From assembly GCF_030028105.1 (NCBI RefSeq), contig NC_092379.1, positions 21,305,309 through 21,369,308 on the forward strand: DNA of 64,000 nucleotides. The letters are read 5' to 3'. Of this stretch, positions 47,301 to 61,386 are shown piece by piece. Every line of letters starts with the position of its first letter. The first letter of the stretch is position 1. The notes below the pieces were generated by a model, which did not search any database, was not told the DNA's origin, and saw only the letters and a program-made list of their open reading frames with translations. The position numbers and the translations under genes were made by a program. This stretch comes from Mobula birostris (taxonomy: Eukaryota).

Positions 47301-48791
47301 CCCTGTGGCTGTATCTACCACTTCCTCACTTTCCCGTATGAACTGAAAGTCATCGAGCTGCAGCTCCAGTTCCTTAACACAATTTCTCGAAGGAACTTTA
47401 GCTCAGTGCATTTCGTGCCAATGTAGTTCTCAGGGAAACAGGAGATCTCTCAAAGTTTCCACATCTCACAGAAGGAACATATCACTAACTCTTGACCCAC
47501 TGTCAGAGCACTAGCTGTGTAGTAACAGAAAAAATAAACTTACTATAAACTTATTCAGAACATCCACTGTGTTTGCCTAAGCCAGTTTTTGATGAAGCCT
47601 GTTTAGTCAAAGCCTGGCCACTCTAACACTGTTCACTCACACAACGGCTGCTCCACTTTCACTTTGCTTCTTTTTATTCTTCCCTGCTGAGTGCCGAATA
47701 GATTGTTAAGATTGCAATCCCAAACCTGAGCACTCTTTAAACCTTCTACTGTGTCACCCTTGAATCACCTTTCATGCTGATTGCAGCCCACGGAAAAGTT
47801 TCAAAAGCATCCGAACTCTTTAGAAAACTAGCACGCATCACCAACGAATGACATCTTGTGCTGGTTACAAACCATTGTAAGGTCCTGAAAACACCCAAGC
47901 TCTTTTTAAACCTTGTGCTGTATCACTAATGAATGACCTCTTGCACTGATTGCAGCCCTCTGAAAAATAAGCGGTAAAGTCAAGAGCAAAGGGTATCAAA
48001 ATTACTGTGGAATCTTGTTCAGCTGATTAAGTGGACTGAAGAATGGCAAATGGAGTTCTATTCAGGAACATTCAAGGTGTAATACTTTGGAAAGTTAAAT
48101 CAAGGTAAGACTTCCACTGTGAACGATAGGGTCCTGGAGGGTGTTGCGGAACGGGGGGCCTTGGAGTTCAAGTAGAAAGCTGAAAATAGGACTTCCATTG
48201 CAGTAATCTTTGGATTGCTGCCTGTGTCACATGCATGTGAGAATAAAAATATGATGAGTTGGCAGTTGAAAGTAATACTGAGAAACTGGTACAGGGGGTG
48301 GGATTTCAGATACCTGGATGAAAGAAGGCTATAGCTGGGAGCCTAACATCCAAAGATACACAACATTGTATCAAAAGGATAGGCAGGTAGACCGTAGGGG
48401 TGGCATGGCTCTGTTGGTAAAAAAAAAATGACATAAAATCCTTAAAATGAGGTGACATTGGATTAGAAAATGTAGAATCGTTGTGGGTAGCATTAAGGAA
48501 CTGCAAGGTTAAAAAGACCCTGAAGGGAGTTATATACAGGCCTCCAAACAGCAGCCAGGACGTGGAATACAATTTACTATGAGAGATAGAAAATGCAAGT
48601 CAAATGAGCAAAGTTATGATAGTCATGGAGGATTTCAATATGCAGGTAGATTGGGAAAATCAGGTTTGTTGCTGATTTTGGATTCCAAGAGAGAGAACTT
48701 GTGGAATGCCTATGAGATGGATATTTAGAGCAACTTGTGCTTGAACCCACCAGGGGATCAGCTGTTCTGGATTGGGTGTTGTGTAATGTAC

Positions 48792-49086
48792 GTGGCCAAG
48801 TGGTTAAGGCATTGGAAGGTCGTGAGTTCGCGCCCCAGCCGAGGCAATGTGTTGTGTCCCTGAGCAAGGCACTTAATCACGCATTGCTCTGCGATGACAC
48901 TGGTGCCAAGCTGTATGGGTCCTAATGCCCTTCCCTTGGACAACACTGGTGTCATGGAGAGGGGAGACTTGAAGCATGGGCAACTGCTGGTCTTCCATAC
49001 AACCCTGCCCCAGGCCTACGCCCTGGAGAGTGAAGACTTTCCAGGTGCAGATCCATGGTCTTGCAAGACTAACGGATGCCTTTAAT
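48792..49086 (+). mobile_element. tRNA-derived SINE with 8-bp TSD TAATGTAC, inserted in CR1
   Basis: A-box GTGGCCAAGTGGTTAAGG, B-box-like GTGAGTTCG; TAATGTAC at 48784-48791 and 49087-49094; flanks rejoin as CR1. Confidence 0.8.
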
Positions 49087-49205
49087 TAATGTACCAGATT
49101 TGATTTCGGAGCTCAGGGTAAAGGAACCCTTAGGACACAGTTATCAAATTATGATAGAATTCACGACGCAATTTGAATGGGAGAAGCTAAAGTCAGATTT
49201 ATCAG

Positions 49206-52200
49206 AACATAGAAGACTACAGCACAAGAACAGACTCTTCAGCCCACAATGTTGTGCTGAACCAGCTAAAAAATAAATCAAAAATCCCCTAAAACTAATC
49301 CCTCCTACCTACACAATGTCCATATCCATCCATTTTCCTCATATTCATGTGCCTACCCAAATGTCTCTAATGTATTTGCCTCCACCACCATATGAGGCAG
49401 CGCAATTCAGGCATCCGCCACTCTCTGAGTAAAAAAAATTACCCCTCTTGTCCCCTTTGAACCTATGTCCTCTCACCTTCAATGCATGCCCTCTGGTGTT
49501 AGACATTTCTACCCTGGGAAAAAGATACTCTGTTGACTTTAATTATGCTTCTCATAATCATATAAACCACTATCAGACCTCCCCTCAGCCTCCGACACGC
49601 CAAAGAAAACAACCCAAGTTAGCTTAGCCTCTCGGGATAGCACATTCCCTCGAAACCAGGCAGCAACCTGTTAAACCTCTTCTGAACCCTCTTCAAAGCC
49701 TCAATATCCTTCCTATAGTGGGGTGACCAGAATTGCATCCAATCCTCCAGATGTGGCCAAACCAGAATTTCATAAAATTGCAACATAACCTTTTGACTTT
49801 TGAACTCAATGCCTTGACTAATAAAAGCAAGCATTCCATAAGCCTTCTTAACCACCCTATCCACCAGTGTCGCCACTTTCAAGGAGCTATGAACTTGGAC
49901 CCTGAGACCTCTCTGCTCAGCAGCACTATTAAGGGTCTTACCCTGAACAGTGTACTGTCTCCTTGCATTTACCCTACCAAGGTGCAACACCTCACATTTA
50001 TCTGAGTTAAGCTCCATCTGCGATTTCTCTGCCCTTATCTGCAACTGATCTTTATCATGCTGTATTCTTTGCTAGTCTTCTACACTATCCACAACTTCAC
50101 CAATCTTCGTATCATCTGCAAACTTACTAACCCACCCATCTACATTTTCATCCAGGTCATTTATATACATCACAAACAGCAGAAGTACCAGCACAGATCC
50201 CTGTGGAGCACCACTAATTACAGACTTCCAACTCAATTATGTCCCTTTGACCACTACCCTCAGTCCGTTCTGTGCAAGCTAATTCTGAGTTGGAACATCA
50301 AATTTGCCACGGACTCTATGCATCCTAATCTTCTGGTTTAGCCTCCCAGGAGAGATTTTGTCAAATACCTTACTGAAACCCATGTAGGCAACATCCACTG
50401 CTCTACCTTGATCAATTTGTCTTGTCACCTTGTCAAAAAACTCAATCAAGTTGGTAAAGCACGACCTGCCCTGCACAAAGTCATGTTGGCTCTCCATAGT
50501 TAGGCCATGGGTTTCCAAATGCTCAGATATCACATCCCTAAGAATTTTCTCCAGCAATTTCCCTACAACTGAGGTGAGACTCCCTGGCCCATAGTTCCCA
50601 GGATTTTCCCTTGTTCCTTTCTTAAATAGAGGTACAACATTAGCTGCTCGCTATGTCTCTGGGACCTCACCTGTGATGAGAGAGGGCACAAAGATTCTGG
50701 TTAAGAGCCCAGCATTCTCACCTCTTGCCTCCCTCAATAACCTGGGGTGAATCCCATCAGGCCCTGGGGACTTATCCACCTTAATACTCACTAGGAGGCC
50801 CAACACCTCCTTCCTCTTAACGTCTAAACACCATAATATATCTATGCATTCAGCTCTGGTCTCCTGGTCCTCCATGTCATTTTCCTTAGAAAATACTGAA
50901 GCAAAGTACTCATTAAGTATCTCACTCACCTTCTCCACATCCAAGCAAACATTCCCCTCTTTATCTTTGAGCAGTTCTACCTTCTCCCTAGTTATCCTCT
51001 TGTTTCTGATGTACCTTGGGATTCAGCCTAATCCTACTTCCCAAGGGCTTTTCATGACCCCTCCTGGCTTTTCTAATTCCTTTCTTTACTTCTTTTCCAG
51101 TTTATCTACACTCCTCATGCGCTTTGTTTGTTCTAACTCCCAAAGCTTTACATGCTTTTCATTTTCCTTCTTGACTAAATTCATCACCTCTCTGGACATC
51201 CAAAGTTCTCTTATCTTTCCATCACGGTCTTTCCTTCGAATAGGAACATACATTTACTGTACTCTGTGCAATTGATCTTTAAGCACCCTCCACATGTCTG
51301 ATGTGGACTTGCCAGAAAAAAAGGTTTTCCCAAATAACACTTCTTAGTTCCTGCCTAATGCTCTCATAATTTGCCCTAATCTAATTTAAGAATCTCCTGC
51401 AATGACCATACCTGTCCTTATCTATCGCTATCCTGAAAGTTAAGGAGTTGTGGTCACTGTTCCCCAACTGCTCGTCCACAGAGAGGTTGATCACCTGGCC
51501 AGGTTCATTACCCAACACCAGGACCAGGACAGCTCCTCCTCCTGTAGGACTGTCTACTTATTAATTTAAGAAACCCTCATGGACACACTTAACACATTCT
51601 ACCCCATCTAAATCCCTTGCACCAAGAAGTTTCAGTTTATATTAGGGAAATACAAATCCCACATGACAACAACCCTATTATTTTTACACATTTCCTTAAT
51701 TTGTTTATATACCTGTTCCTCAATGACCCGGGGGCCACTGGGGTATAGTACCATCCCATCAATGTGGTTACATCTTTCCTAGACTTGGGTTCCACCAAAA
51801 TGGACACAGTGTCTGAACCCTCCATTATGTTCCCCCTCAGTGCAGCTGTGATGTTGTCCCCGTTTAGTAGTGCACATCCCCCCCTCCCGTGCACATACCC
51901 CCCCTTTTTACTTTCTCCTCTATCTTTTCTATAACTTTCAAAACCTGTTACATTAATTGCCCATTCCTGTTCCTCCCTCAGCCAAGTCTCTGTAATGGCC
52001 AGAATATTGTAGTTGCATTGACTGATCCATGCTCTGAGTTCATCCCTTCTACCTATAATACTCCGAGCATTAAAACACACACACACACTTCAAACTATCA
52101 GTCCCATCATACCAGGGTTATTTTGATTTTGCCTCTCAATACTTTCCCTGACATCCAACTTCCTGTGCAATACTTTAGTTACTGAACTGGTGTTCTGGTT

Positions 52201-53010
52201 CCCAGCCCCTGAAAACCTAGTTTACCCCTCCTGAATAACATTAGCAAACCCCACCCCCAGCCAGGATATTCACTTCCCTCCAGTTCAGGTGGTACCCGTC
52301 TCTCTTATACAGGTCAGTCCTTCCTCAGAAAAGGTCCCAATCATCCAAGAACTTTAAACCCTGCTCCCTTGCACCATCTCCCCAGCCACTCATTCATCTG
52401 TGCTATCATCCCATTCCTACCAGCACTAGTCCGTACATCGGGAGTAATCCAGAGATTACTATCTTGGAGGTCCTTCTCTTCAGCCTCTTTCTTAACTCTA
52501 CATACTAACTTCTGCCTATGTCTTTGGTGCCAATATGCATCACGACCTCTGGCTATTCACCCTTCCCCTTGAGAATATCCTGCAGCCTCTCTGATCCATC
52601 CTGGGCCCTAGCACCCGGGAAGCAACACACCATCCTGGTGTCTCTTTTGTGGCCACAGAATCTCCTGTCTGTCCCCTTAACTGTCAAATCCCTCATCACT
52701 TCCACACTGCCTGAATTTACCCTTCCCTGCTGAGCATCAGTGCTGGCCACAGTGCCACTTGTCTGGCTGCTGCTGCTGTGCCCTGATGGGTCATCCCCCA
52801 CAGCAGTATCCAAAGAGGTATACTTGTTACTGAGGCCAATGGCCATAGGGGACTGCTGCACTGACTGCTTAAACCCCTTACTTCTCCTGGTAGTCACCCA
52901 TCTACCGTGTGAAGTCTGTACTCTGGGTGTGACCATCTCTTCAATAGTCTCATCTATAATATCTTCAGCCTCCCGGATGATCCTGAGTACATCCAACTCC
53001 AGCTCCAGTG
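49206..53010 (-). mobile_element. Degenerate CR1 (ORF1 esterase-like, endonuclease, RT) nested in an opposite-strand CR1 (~48190-49205, ~53010-53690)
   Basis: ORF 52553..52996 (GTDRRFCGHKRDTRMVCCFPGAR), 51637..52086 (FNARSII..ITETWL), 50279..50944 RT, 49619..50044; flanks continue a + strand CR1. Confidence 0.82.
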
Positions 53011-54691
53011 GAGTATTACACTGGGGTAAAGGGAATTACAGAATCATGAGAGAGGAGCATACCAACATTGAATGGAAGGGGACACTAACAGAGATGATGG
53101 CAGAGGAGCAATGGCAAGTATTCTGGAGGCAGGATGACATTCCGTGGCTGACAAGGGAAGTCAAAGACAACATATAAACTAAAGAAAGGGCCTATAATAG
53201 AGCAACAACTAGTGGGGAATTAGAGGATTGAGATGCTTTTCTAAACCAACAGAAGGCAACTAAAAAATCCGTAAAGAGTGAAAAGATGAAATATGAAGGT
53301 AAGCTCGCCAATAATATGAAAGAGGATACCGACAGATTTTTCAGATATATAAAGGTAAAAGTGAGGATGAGTAGATATCGGACCTCTGGAAAATAACACT
53401 AGAGAGGTAGTAATGGGAGACAAGGAAATGGTGGACGAACTGAATAAATATTTTCCATCAGTCTTCACTGTGGAACATGCTCACAGTTTGCCAGAGGATT
53501 GAGAATGTCACAGGGCATAAGGGAGAAGGTGCTTGCGAAACTGAAAGGTCTGAAGGTAAATAAGTCACCTGGACCAGATGGACTAACTACACCCTAGATT
53601 TCTGAAAGGGGCAGCTGAAGAGGTTGTGGAAACATTAGCAACGATTTTTCAAGAATCACTAGATTCTGGCTTGGTTCTGGAGGAAGTATAAGGTGTAATA
53701 TTTTGGAAAGTTAAACCAAGGTAGGAATTTCACAGCGGCTGACTGGACCCTGGAGAGTGTTGTGGAACAGAGACCTGTTGGTGTTCAAATACATGTGGCG
53801 TCACAAGTAGACAGGCTGGTGAAGAAGATTGTTGTTATGCTGGTCTTCATCAATCAGAAATTTGTGTAGAAAAGTTTGGAGCACATGTTTGGATAGTAGA
53901 AGGTGTTGGTGAGGTTGTATTTGGACTGTGTTCAGTTTTTATTCATCCTACTGGGGGAAAAGATGTTATTAATCAGGAAAAAAGTGCAGAAAAGATTTAT
54001 AAGGATGCTGCCATGACTTGAGTTGAAGGAACAGTTTGGCTGGACTACAACTTTCCTTGGAGTAAATATACAAATTACTTAATGTAAGGTTTATTCATGG
54101 ACACTGTGGAGAGTCAATGTAACACTGAGATGGGATGTTTCCCCGTTACCGTACATGTTTATTAAATCTCCAACAATCTTTAACTTCCTCAGCTCTGGTG
54201 AAACACTCTGACTTGTAGAAGATTGAGTGGTGATTTTACAGAGATACACAAAATCAAAAGGACAATGGATAGGAAAAGTTCCCGCAAAATGCTGGCAAGG
54301 TGTCTTGCTTGGATGGACATCTTGGTCAACATGGATGAGTTGGGCCGAAGGGCCTGTTTCCATGCCCCTTGACTCTCTGACATTACAGATGCCAGTCTAA
54401 TTTATCTTGGCCAGTTGACCTGCCAACAAGCATGCACTTAGGATGCGGAAGAAAGACAATTTCAACGTATTGATTTCATCTGACAAACTCCTGCAGACTC
54501 AGGAACTCCTGACCCTCTGGAAGTCACCTACATCCCCACCGTCTCTGTCTGACTGATACCCAGTGGCTGTCAGATAGTATTACAACAATCAGTTTGATTG
54601 AAGCCTGAATAATTGGAGGTGTTCCGCTGACACCTAGTGGTTACAGTTTAGCACTGCAAGGTAACAAAGGCTTCCTGTCAAATTGATTTTA

Positions 54692-55595
54692 ACGTCCTCA
54701 CTAGACCGGATATTTTTGAAAACGCTGGTTTCGCGTAAAAACGACAGGCGTCCACACCAGGCGTTTTTCAAAATATCTCCGTTCTCATTAGAACGGATAT
54801 TTGGGCGAATCTCCTCCTACTGGGCATGCGCAGGACACAGAAAACAAGCGAAGAAGAAACCGTACACTTGGTGCGCGTTTGTCCAGTTACAGACTCGAAA
54901 AACTTTAAATGAATTGCTGTTGGCTCTCGCGCAGGAGGACTTAAAACTAAAAAAAAACGACAAATACTGGAGCGTATGGAGGCAACCGACAGGGAGTTCA
55001 CGGACAGTATGACCTGGCTGACGACGAACATTGAAAAACTAACTAACTCTGTTGCATTAATAAAGCACCTTGTTAAATGTATAAAACATGTCTGCATCAG
55101 TGTTATCTTGTATTTCCATACAACCTTACATTAGACCGTTACACATCTGTTGTCAGAGAAGTACTTGCGTAAATAGGTAAACTACCTTCATACAAGCAAA
55201 AACAAAAAACAGGGCAAAGTGAGTATACTTATTTATTCAGTAAGCTGCGGGTCAAAGTATTTGGTGAGTACATTTCTAACTCTTCTGGCCTCAGTCTCGT
55301 TGCCGTCTGTTTTGAAATTGATACGTTTTGTGGGGGGTTGCGTTCAAGAAAACAATGAAATGCCGCGCTGCCGCCATCTGTTGTGGTGTTGGTATGACAG
55401 AGTTTTAACTAGCTCCGTTTATCCCGTCCACACTACAACGCGCAACAATCGTTTTCAAATTTACACACTCTGGAGAGTGTTCTAGAAAAGCTCAGTTTTC
55501 GGGGGATGAAAACGACATTTCAATGTGGACGGAGGGTCAAAACGAAGAGAAAAAGCTTCGTTTTCAAAATTATCCCGTGTAGTGTGGTCGTAGCC
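54692..55595. mobile_element. Non-autonomous DNA transposon relic, PIF/Harbinger-like
   Basis: Imperfect ~33-bp TIRs (ACGTCCTCACTAGACCGGATATTTTTGAAAACG vs revcomp ACGACCACACTACACGGGATAATTTTGAAAACG); internal coiled-coil-like remnant. Family assignment from recall. Confidence 0.6.
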
Positions 55596-56159
55596 GCAAG
55601 AGTCTGCAGATGCTGCGATCTGGAGAGACACACAATCTATTAGAGGTTTGAGCATTTGCCTTTTTTTTAAATCGCAGATTCCAAGTACAGATGAGCCTTT
55701 AGGGAACCCTGAAGGAACACTCCTAAGTCCCTTTTCACCTCTAAGTCTTGAATTTCCTCCCCATTTAGAAAATAGTCCGTGCCTTTGTTCCTTCTGTCAA
55801 AATGCATGACCATGCCTTTCCCTAAACTATATTCCAGCAGCCACTTCTTTACCCTTTCTTCCAGTCCAAGTCCTTCCGCAGAAACCCTGCTTCCTCAACA
55901 CTATCTGCCACTTCCACCTATCTTCTTATCATCTGCAAACCTGGCCACAAAGCCGTCAATTCCTTCTTCCAAATGTTTGACATAAAATGTCAAAGGAAGT
56001 GATCCCAACACCGACCTTTGCTATTGTGTATTTAATGTTTCAGAAATATTTGAATAATTTTTTATATATTGTTTGATGAAGCATTTTTGTTCACTTAATT
56101 AAGTCATTATGGGTTATGTGTATAAATACGTGAATTGTGTACGACATCACACTGCCACG

Positions 56160-56718
56160 TGGAACTCTCGCTTCGGCTAGCGGCTTAATATAGAGGGTGA
56201 TAGCCCCCGGCCTGGCCAAACTTCAGACATCTCGTTTGGGTAGATGCTGCGCAATGTCTCCCCTGTTACAAATCAGTACTCCGAAATAACAAACAGTTAT
56301 GCGATTAAACGAGTAAGTATTATGATTATCTATGACTATATGGTTAGAAAAGAAACGAAAATAAAAGAAAAAAAGGCCCAATCTTATGAAACAGTCTGTT
56401 GCGCAATGTTGGAGTTCACTGATAATCCGATCGTTCACCATCGACCTCCTCTGATCGTCGCTGACCTTCGGACCCTCGCTCTAAGTCCACCCCGTCTGGC
56501 GGTCTACCAACTCTCTCCATTCGCATCGTCTCTCCTCATCTCTCCCCGGCAAAAGACCACAAATATCTCTCTTTCAGACTCACAGGAAATAGCAACAGCA
56601 TTCCAAACCCTGTTATCTCTAGTCATAATCCAAACATTGCTTCTACAGAGAAACCATTACATTATCAGTGAAACCTTACAGAATGTTACACAGCAGTGAA
56701 ACCCTACAGCATGTTACA
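56160..56718 (-). repeat. 3' LTR of Gypsy element
   Basis: Colinear with 60823-61386; termini TGGAAC(degenerate)...GTTACA; next to the PPT. Confidence 0.88.
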
Positions 56719-59700
56719 CTCTTCCCCCCGCCAAATGTAGTCATGTCCTCATGACGTTGAGGTAATTTGCCAACCCTTCCCGCAAAACACAAAGCCCAAT
56801 CTAGGTGTAAAGGGCAGTGACACAGCTCCCCGAATCAGTAGGGGTCACACTCTGTTCCGCTTCTGCTACGTAGGCCAACCTATCTGGTGATCCCCTAATT
56901 CTCTAAGACGTTCGCACCCCATCATCTACCTCTTCAGGTTCCGACAATACGGGGGAAACTTCTGGTCTACCTTGTGAGGCCTCCCCAGATCTATCACTCG
57001 TGCCCACCTGCAACTTGGAGCCCTCTGTTTCATGATCAAACCCCGCTTCCTCCCCTGCAGAGTCCCGCTGCAAACAGAGCCATCTATAGGTCTTTTACAC
57101 CCCCATGTGTCCAGAATCATCTTGAAGTAATTTCAACGCTATCCTCCGATACTTCTAGGGCAGAACCAGCTGGCAACGCTGGGGGTGACGTGATCCGGTA
57201 TAAGATCTGGTTCTTCAATTCCAGCCGAGGCCATTCTCGTAGCAATGGAGGCACCGACGCGTGTTTCGTCCTCTCCGCCTGAGCCATGTCTCCCTTTTGA
57301 CCGCCGCCCAAATGGTACCAATGCCCGGATCATCTCGCTGAGCAGCAGCCATTGCCCCAGAACTCAATTCTGATTTGTCTTCAGATCAGTCAGGTTACAA
57401 TAAACTTGGGGGATGGCGTCATCAGAAGACCCCAATAGATCCACCGCACGCTCCTGCCCCTCCTTTTCCTCTGCCTTCACGGTGATGGCAAACTGACACA
57501 GGGCCTTCACCCCCAGGGCAGGAACGTTCTCCCACTCCACGTCTCTGAGCAGTCCCTAATGCGCCTGTCGGACAAAGCATCAGCATCAACGTTCCTGCCT
57601 CCCGGCCGGTACTTCAGGCTGAAATCACAGGCAGACAACGCCGCCAACCGCCGATGGCCTGCGGCAACCAATTTCCCCGAGGTCAGGATATAAGTTAGGG
57701 GGTTGTTGTCCGTCCTCACCTCAAACTTACCCCCACAGAGGTAGTCACTCAGCTTATCCACAACCGCCTATTTCAAAGCCAGAAATTCCAAGTTGTGCGT
57801 GAGATAGCTTTTTTCGGAGGGCGACAGGCTCTGGTTGACAAACACAACGGGCCTCAACCCCGAGCTCTGGTCCTGATACAGTACGCCCCCTAAACCCTCT
57901 CAGCAGCATCCGTGTGCAGCACAAACGGTAATCAGAGGTCTGCAAAAGCCAGCGCCGGCGCTTGGGTCAGCAGCTCCTTCAGCGACTGAAATGCCTCCTC
58001 ACATTTTGCATCCCGAGTCGGTCCAAAAGTGCATACTCTCCACCCTCCCGTCCTTTTTCCCCTTCCCTTTCTTCCCTCAGTGAGTGTAACCGCACAGAAG
58101 CTGATTCAAAGGGTGGACTCACTTTCACGTAGCCTTTCACAAACCTGGGATAGTAACCACAGAACCCGAGGAACGAGGCAGAGCGTTCACAGTTTGGGTC
58201 TTGGCCAAGTGGTAACCGCCTCGATCTTAGCTGGGTCTGTAGCTACCCCATCATCAGACTATGTGCCCAACATAGCTAACAGACGTTTGGCAGAACTGGC
58301 AGTTGTCCAGGGAAAGTTTTAACCCTTCAGCTTTCAGGCGGCCCAGCATCTTCAGCAGCCTCGCTTCATGTTCTTCCAAGGTGGATCCAAATGCTATGAG
58401 GTCATTCAGATATACCAATACCTCAAGCAAGTTCATATAATCCACCGTCTTCACCATGACCCACTGGAAGGTTTTCGGAGCTCCCGAGATGCCCTGGGGC
58501 ATCCTTTCGAACTGGAAAAATCCCAGCGGACATGTAAATGCCGTTTTCTCTTTGTCGGCTTCACTCATTGGGATCTGGTAATAGCCACTCCTCAAGTCCA
58601 GCATACTATCCTACATCGCACCACTCAGACAGACCAGCGTGTATTCAATCCGTGGGACATGATACTGGTTAGGAATGGTGCGCCTGTTCGGAGTCCTATA
58701 GGCCACACACATCCATACCTTCCCAGTCTTCTTTCGGGCCACTACTATTGGGGACGCATAGGGGCTTCGGGACTCAGTGATGATCCCAGCTTCCTTCAAC
58801 TTACACAAATGCTGCCGAACATCCTTCACCTTTGCAGGGGCCAATCACCGCGACCTTTCTCGGAACAGGGTATCCTCAGTCACCCAGATAGTGTGACGCG
58901 TACTCTTGGAACAACCCATATCAAACTCGTCAGTGGAAAATAAACATTTTAGCTTCATCATCTTCTCTACCAGCCTTCTCTTCGAACCCGCAGGAACCGG
59001 GGAGTCTCCACAGTTGGATGACTCAACAGTCAGTCAACTTCCTCCCTATTCCAATAGTTTCTTCCCGGCGTGTCTCAGAGGGGCACTGGGGCACTAGGCA
59101 TTACCGACACTGGCAACAAATGCGCCAGGGGCATCCCCTGCTTGAAGGTGACCTCCTCTTCGTAGTGTTCCTGACAATCACTGCCATCCTGCGTTCCTGT
59201 ACAACCGAGGGCTTCTGCAATTCGGGCCTCACCAGTACCCCAGCAGAAAATCCAAACTCCCCCTTGTGGTCTTCTGGAGCCTCCACTAAGAGGGCTTTGC
59301 CCTCAGGCACTCCAGGAAATTTTGGGGGTCCCCATCACTCTCGCTATTTCCCCAGGCCGTACCACCATTGGCTTCGACTGGATGAACCACACATTCCCTC
59401 GTTTAAATTTGGTATCCAGCCCAATGCTGCCACGCACATCCTCGAAAGCAGCTCGAAACCCTGGGTATACGGACAATGTTCCCAGAAAGCTCTCGCCAGC
59501 CTTCTCCTTGCAGGCTCCCATGAGCTCTTCACAAGAGTGGTGTTGGTCCCCACCAGGATTGAAACGCCGCGCTTCTCAACAGGGTCCGGACAAACCAGCA
59601 ACAATGTATCAAGGACCTCAGACCTCCGAGATCTCCTACTTCACTGACAAATAACCGTCGGATGAGTAATCACTAACACAAAGCCCCCAGGTCTCCAGTG

Positions 59701-60822
59701 CCCTGAATGGTGTCAATGGTAAATGCTTCAGATACCGGTTGTAAAACGAACGGTACAAGAACGTGACCTGCGACCCGGTGTCGAGCATGGCTTTAGCATA
59801 AATACCCTCTATTCGTTGCGACACACTGGAGCATGGACCCACTTAGCCTTCAGGAATTGGGCCTTTCGCTTTCGGGGGTTCCTTGGTACATTGCTGGGAA
59901 CGTGTCCCTCTAGAGACACCAGGCCGTTTCGTCACTGGGTCTCCTCTAGGTTTTCCCAACGATTCTCCCTGCCGAGGTACCCGGGGACTCACTCTCCTTC
60001 TGGCGTGACACCTGCTGCCGGCAGCCCTCCGCATTGTTCGTCCCCTTTGTCCCCTTGGGGAATCCGCCACCCCCATCAGCTCCATCATATGGGGGGTACA
60101 CACCCGCTAATAACAGCCGACATATCTCCGTTCACAACTCTGCCACAATCTCCTCTACCGCTCCCCGGAGAAGGCTATCTGTGGTCACTTCACCGCAGGG
60201 GACTACTACCGAGGACCGTACCCAGCTGACGGAGCCCTCCCGCGCCGCCGCCGCGTTCTCCTGACTCATGTTCTGAAACCCCACCCATTCCAACTTTCAA
60301 CCAATCTCTGTTGGTTTTCATCATCAGAACACTGCCCCTCATCTAACAACTGAGAGGTCCGGTCCTCCCAAGTCTCATACTCCTCCTTCTCTATAGGGGT
60401 GGGCGTTATTCCTGAGAATCGGCGGAGCCTGCCATAGCTGGGACTTTGAATCTGATGTTTCCATTTATTCGCCAGAGAAGTAAGGGCGGATACTAACTCA
60501 CAATTCTCACTCTCTTCACCGGGGGACATGGACTAATTAGACATTCCAAATCCGACCACTCTTTCCCCTCTCTCCTCAGATACGAGAAAACCCTATCTTT
60601 GAACTCTCTGCCCCCAGCTACCGCTACCTCAGCGCTGGTCTGCATGAAAATGAGAGCTGCGTCCGCCATTTAATCAAACCTCCTCCCACAATTGAAACTT
60701 CAACAGTAGTTAACAGTGGAATTAACAATTCATCCGGAGTACAAATATCTGCCCCACTGGTTAATCGCTCAGGGTAATCACACAGCATCCAACTGAATCA
60801 ATCTGGAACGTAACCCCACAAC

Positions 60823-61386
60823 TGTAACACTCACTTCGGCTAGCGGCTTAATATAGAGGGTGATAGCCCCTGGCCCGGCCAAACTCCAGAAATCTTGTTT
60901 GGGTGGATGCTGCGCAATGTCTCCCCTGTTACAAATCAGTACCCCGAAATAACAAACAGTACACAATATGCGATTAAACGATTAAGCTTTACAATCCTTA
61001 CTTTGACTATATGGTTAGTAAAGAAACGAAAAAAAGGCAAAAAGGGCCCAATCTTATTAAACAGTCTGTTGCGCTATGTTGGAGGTCACAGACAAGTCGA
61101 TCGTCTACCATCGACCTCCTCCGATCCTCGCTGCTCTTCGGACCGTCGCCCCAAATCCACCCCGAGCGGTGATAAACTCTCTCCATTCGCGTCTTTTTTC
61201 CTCATATTTTCCTCCGGCAAAACACTGCGAAAATCTCTCTTCCAGGCTCACAAGAAAGAACAACAGCATTCCAAACCCCGTTATCTCTAGTCATAACCCA
61301 AACATTGCTGATACAGAGAAACCATTACATTATCAGTGAAATCTTACAGCATGTTACACAGCAGTGAAACCCCGCAGCATGTTATA
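60823..61386 (-). repeat. 5' LTR of Gypsy element
   Basis: TGTAAC...GTTATA; direct repeat of 56160-56718 with visible substitutions and indels. Confidence 0.88.

Larger units (their letters stand above)
56160..61386 (-). mobile_element. Ty3/Gypsy LTR retrotransposon, degenerate, integrase largely deleted
   Basis: Direct LTRs 56160-56718 and 60823-61386; PPT (GGGGGGAAGAG on minus, 56719-56729); PNMA-like gag (ORF 60266..60529), protease LDTGSQVT, RT LDLRSGYYQI...YLNDL, RNase H FEVRTDNNPL. Confidence 0.9.
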
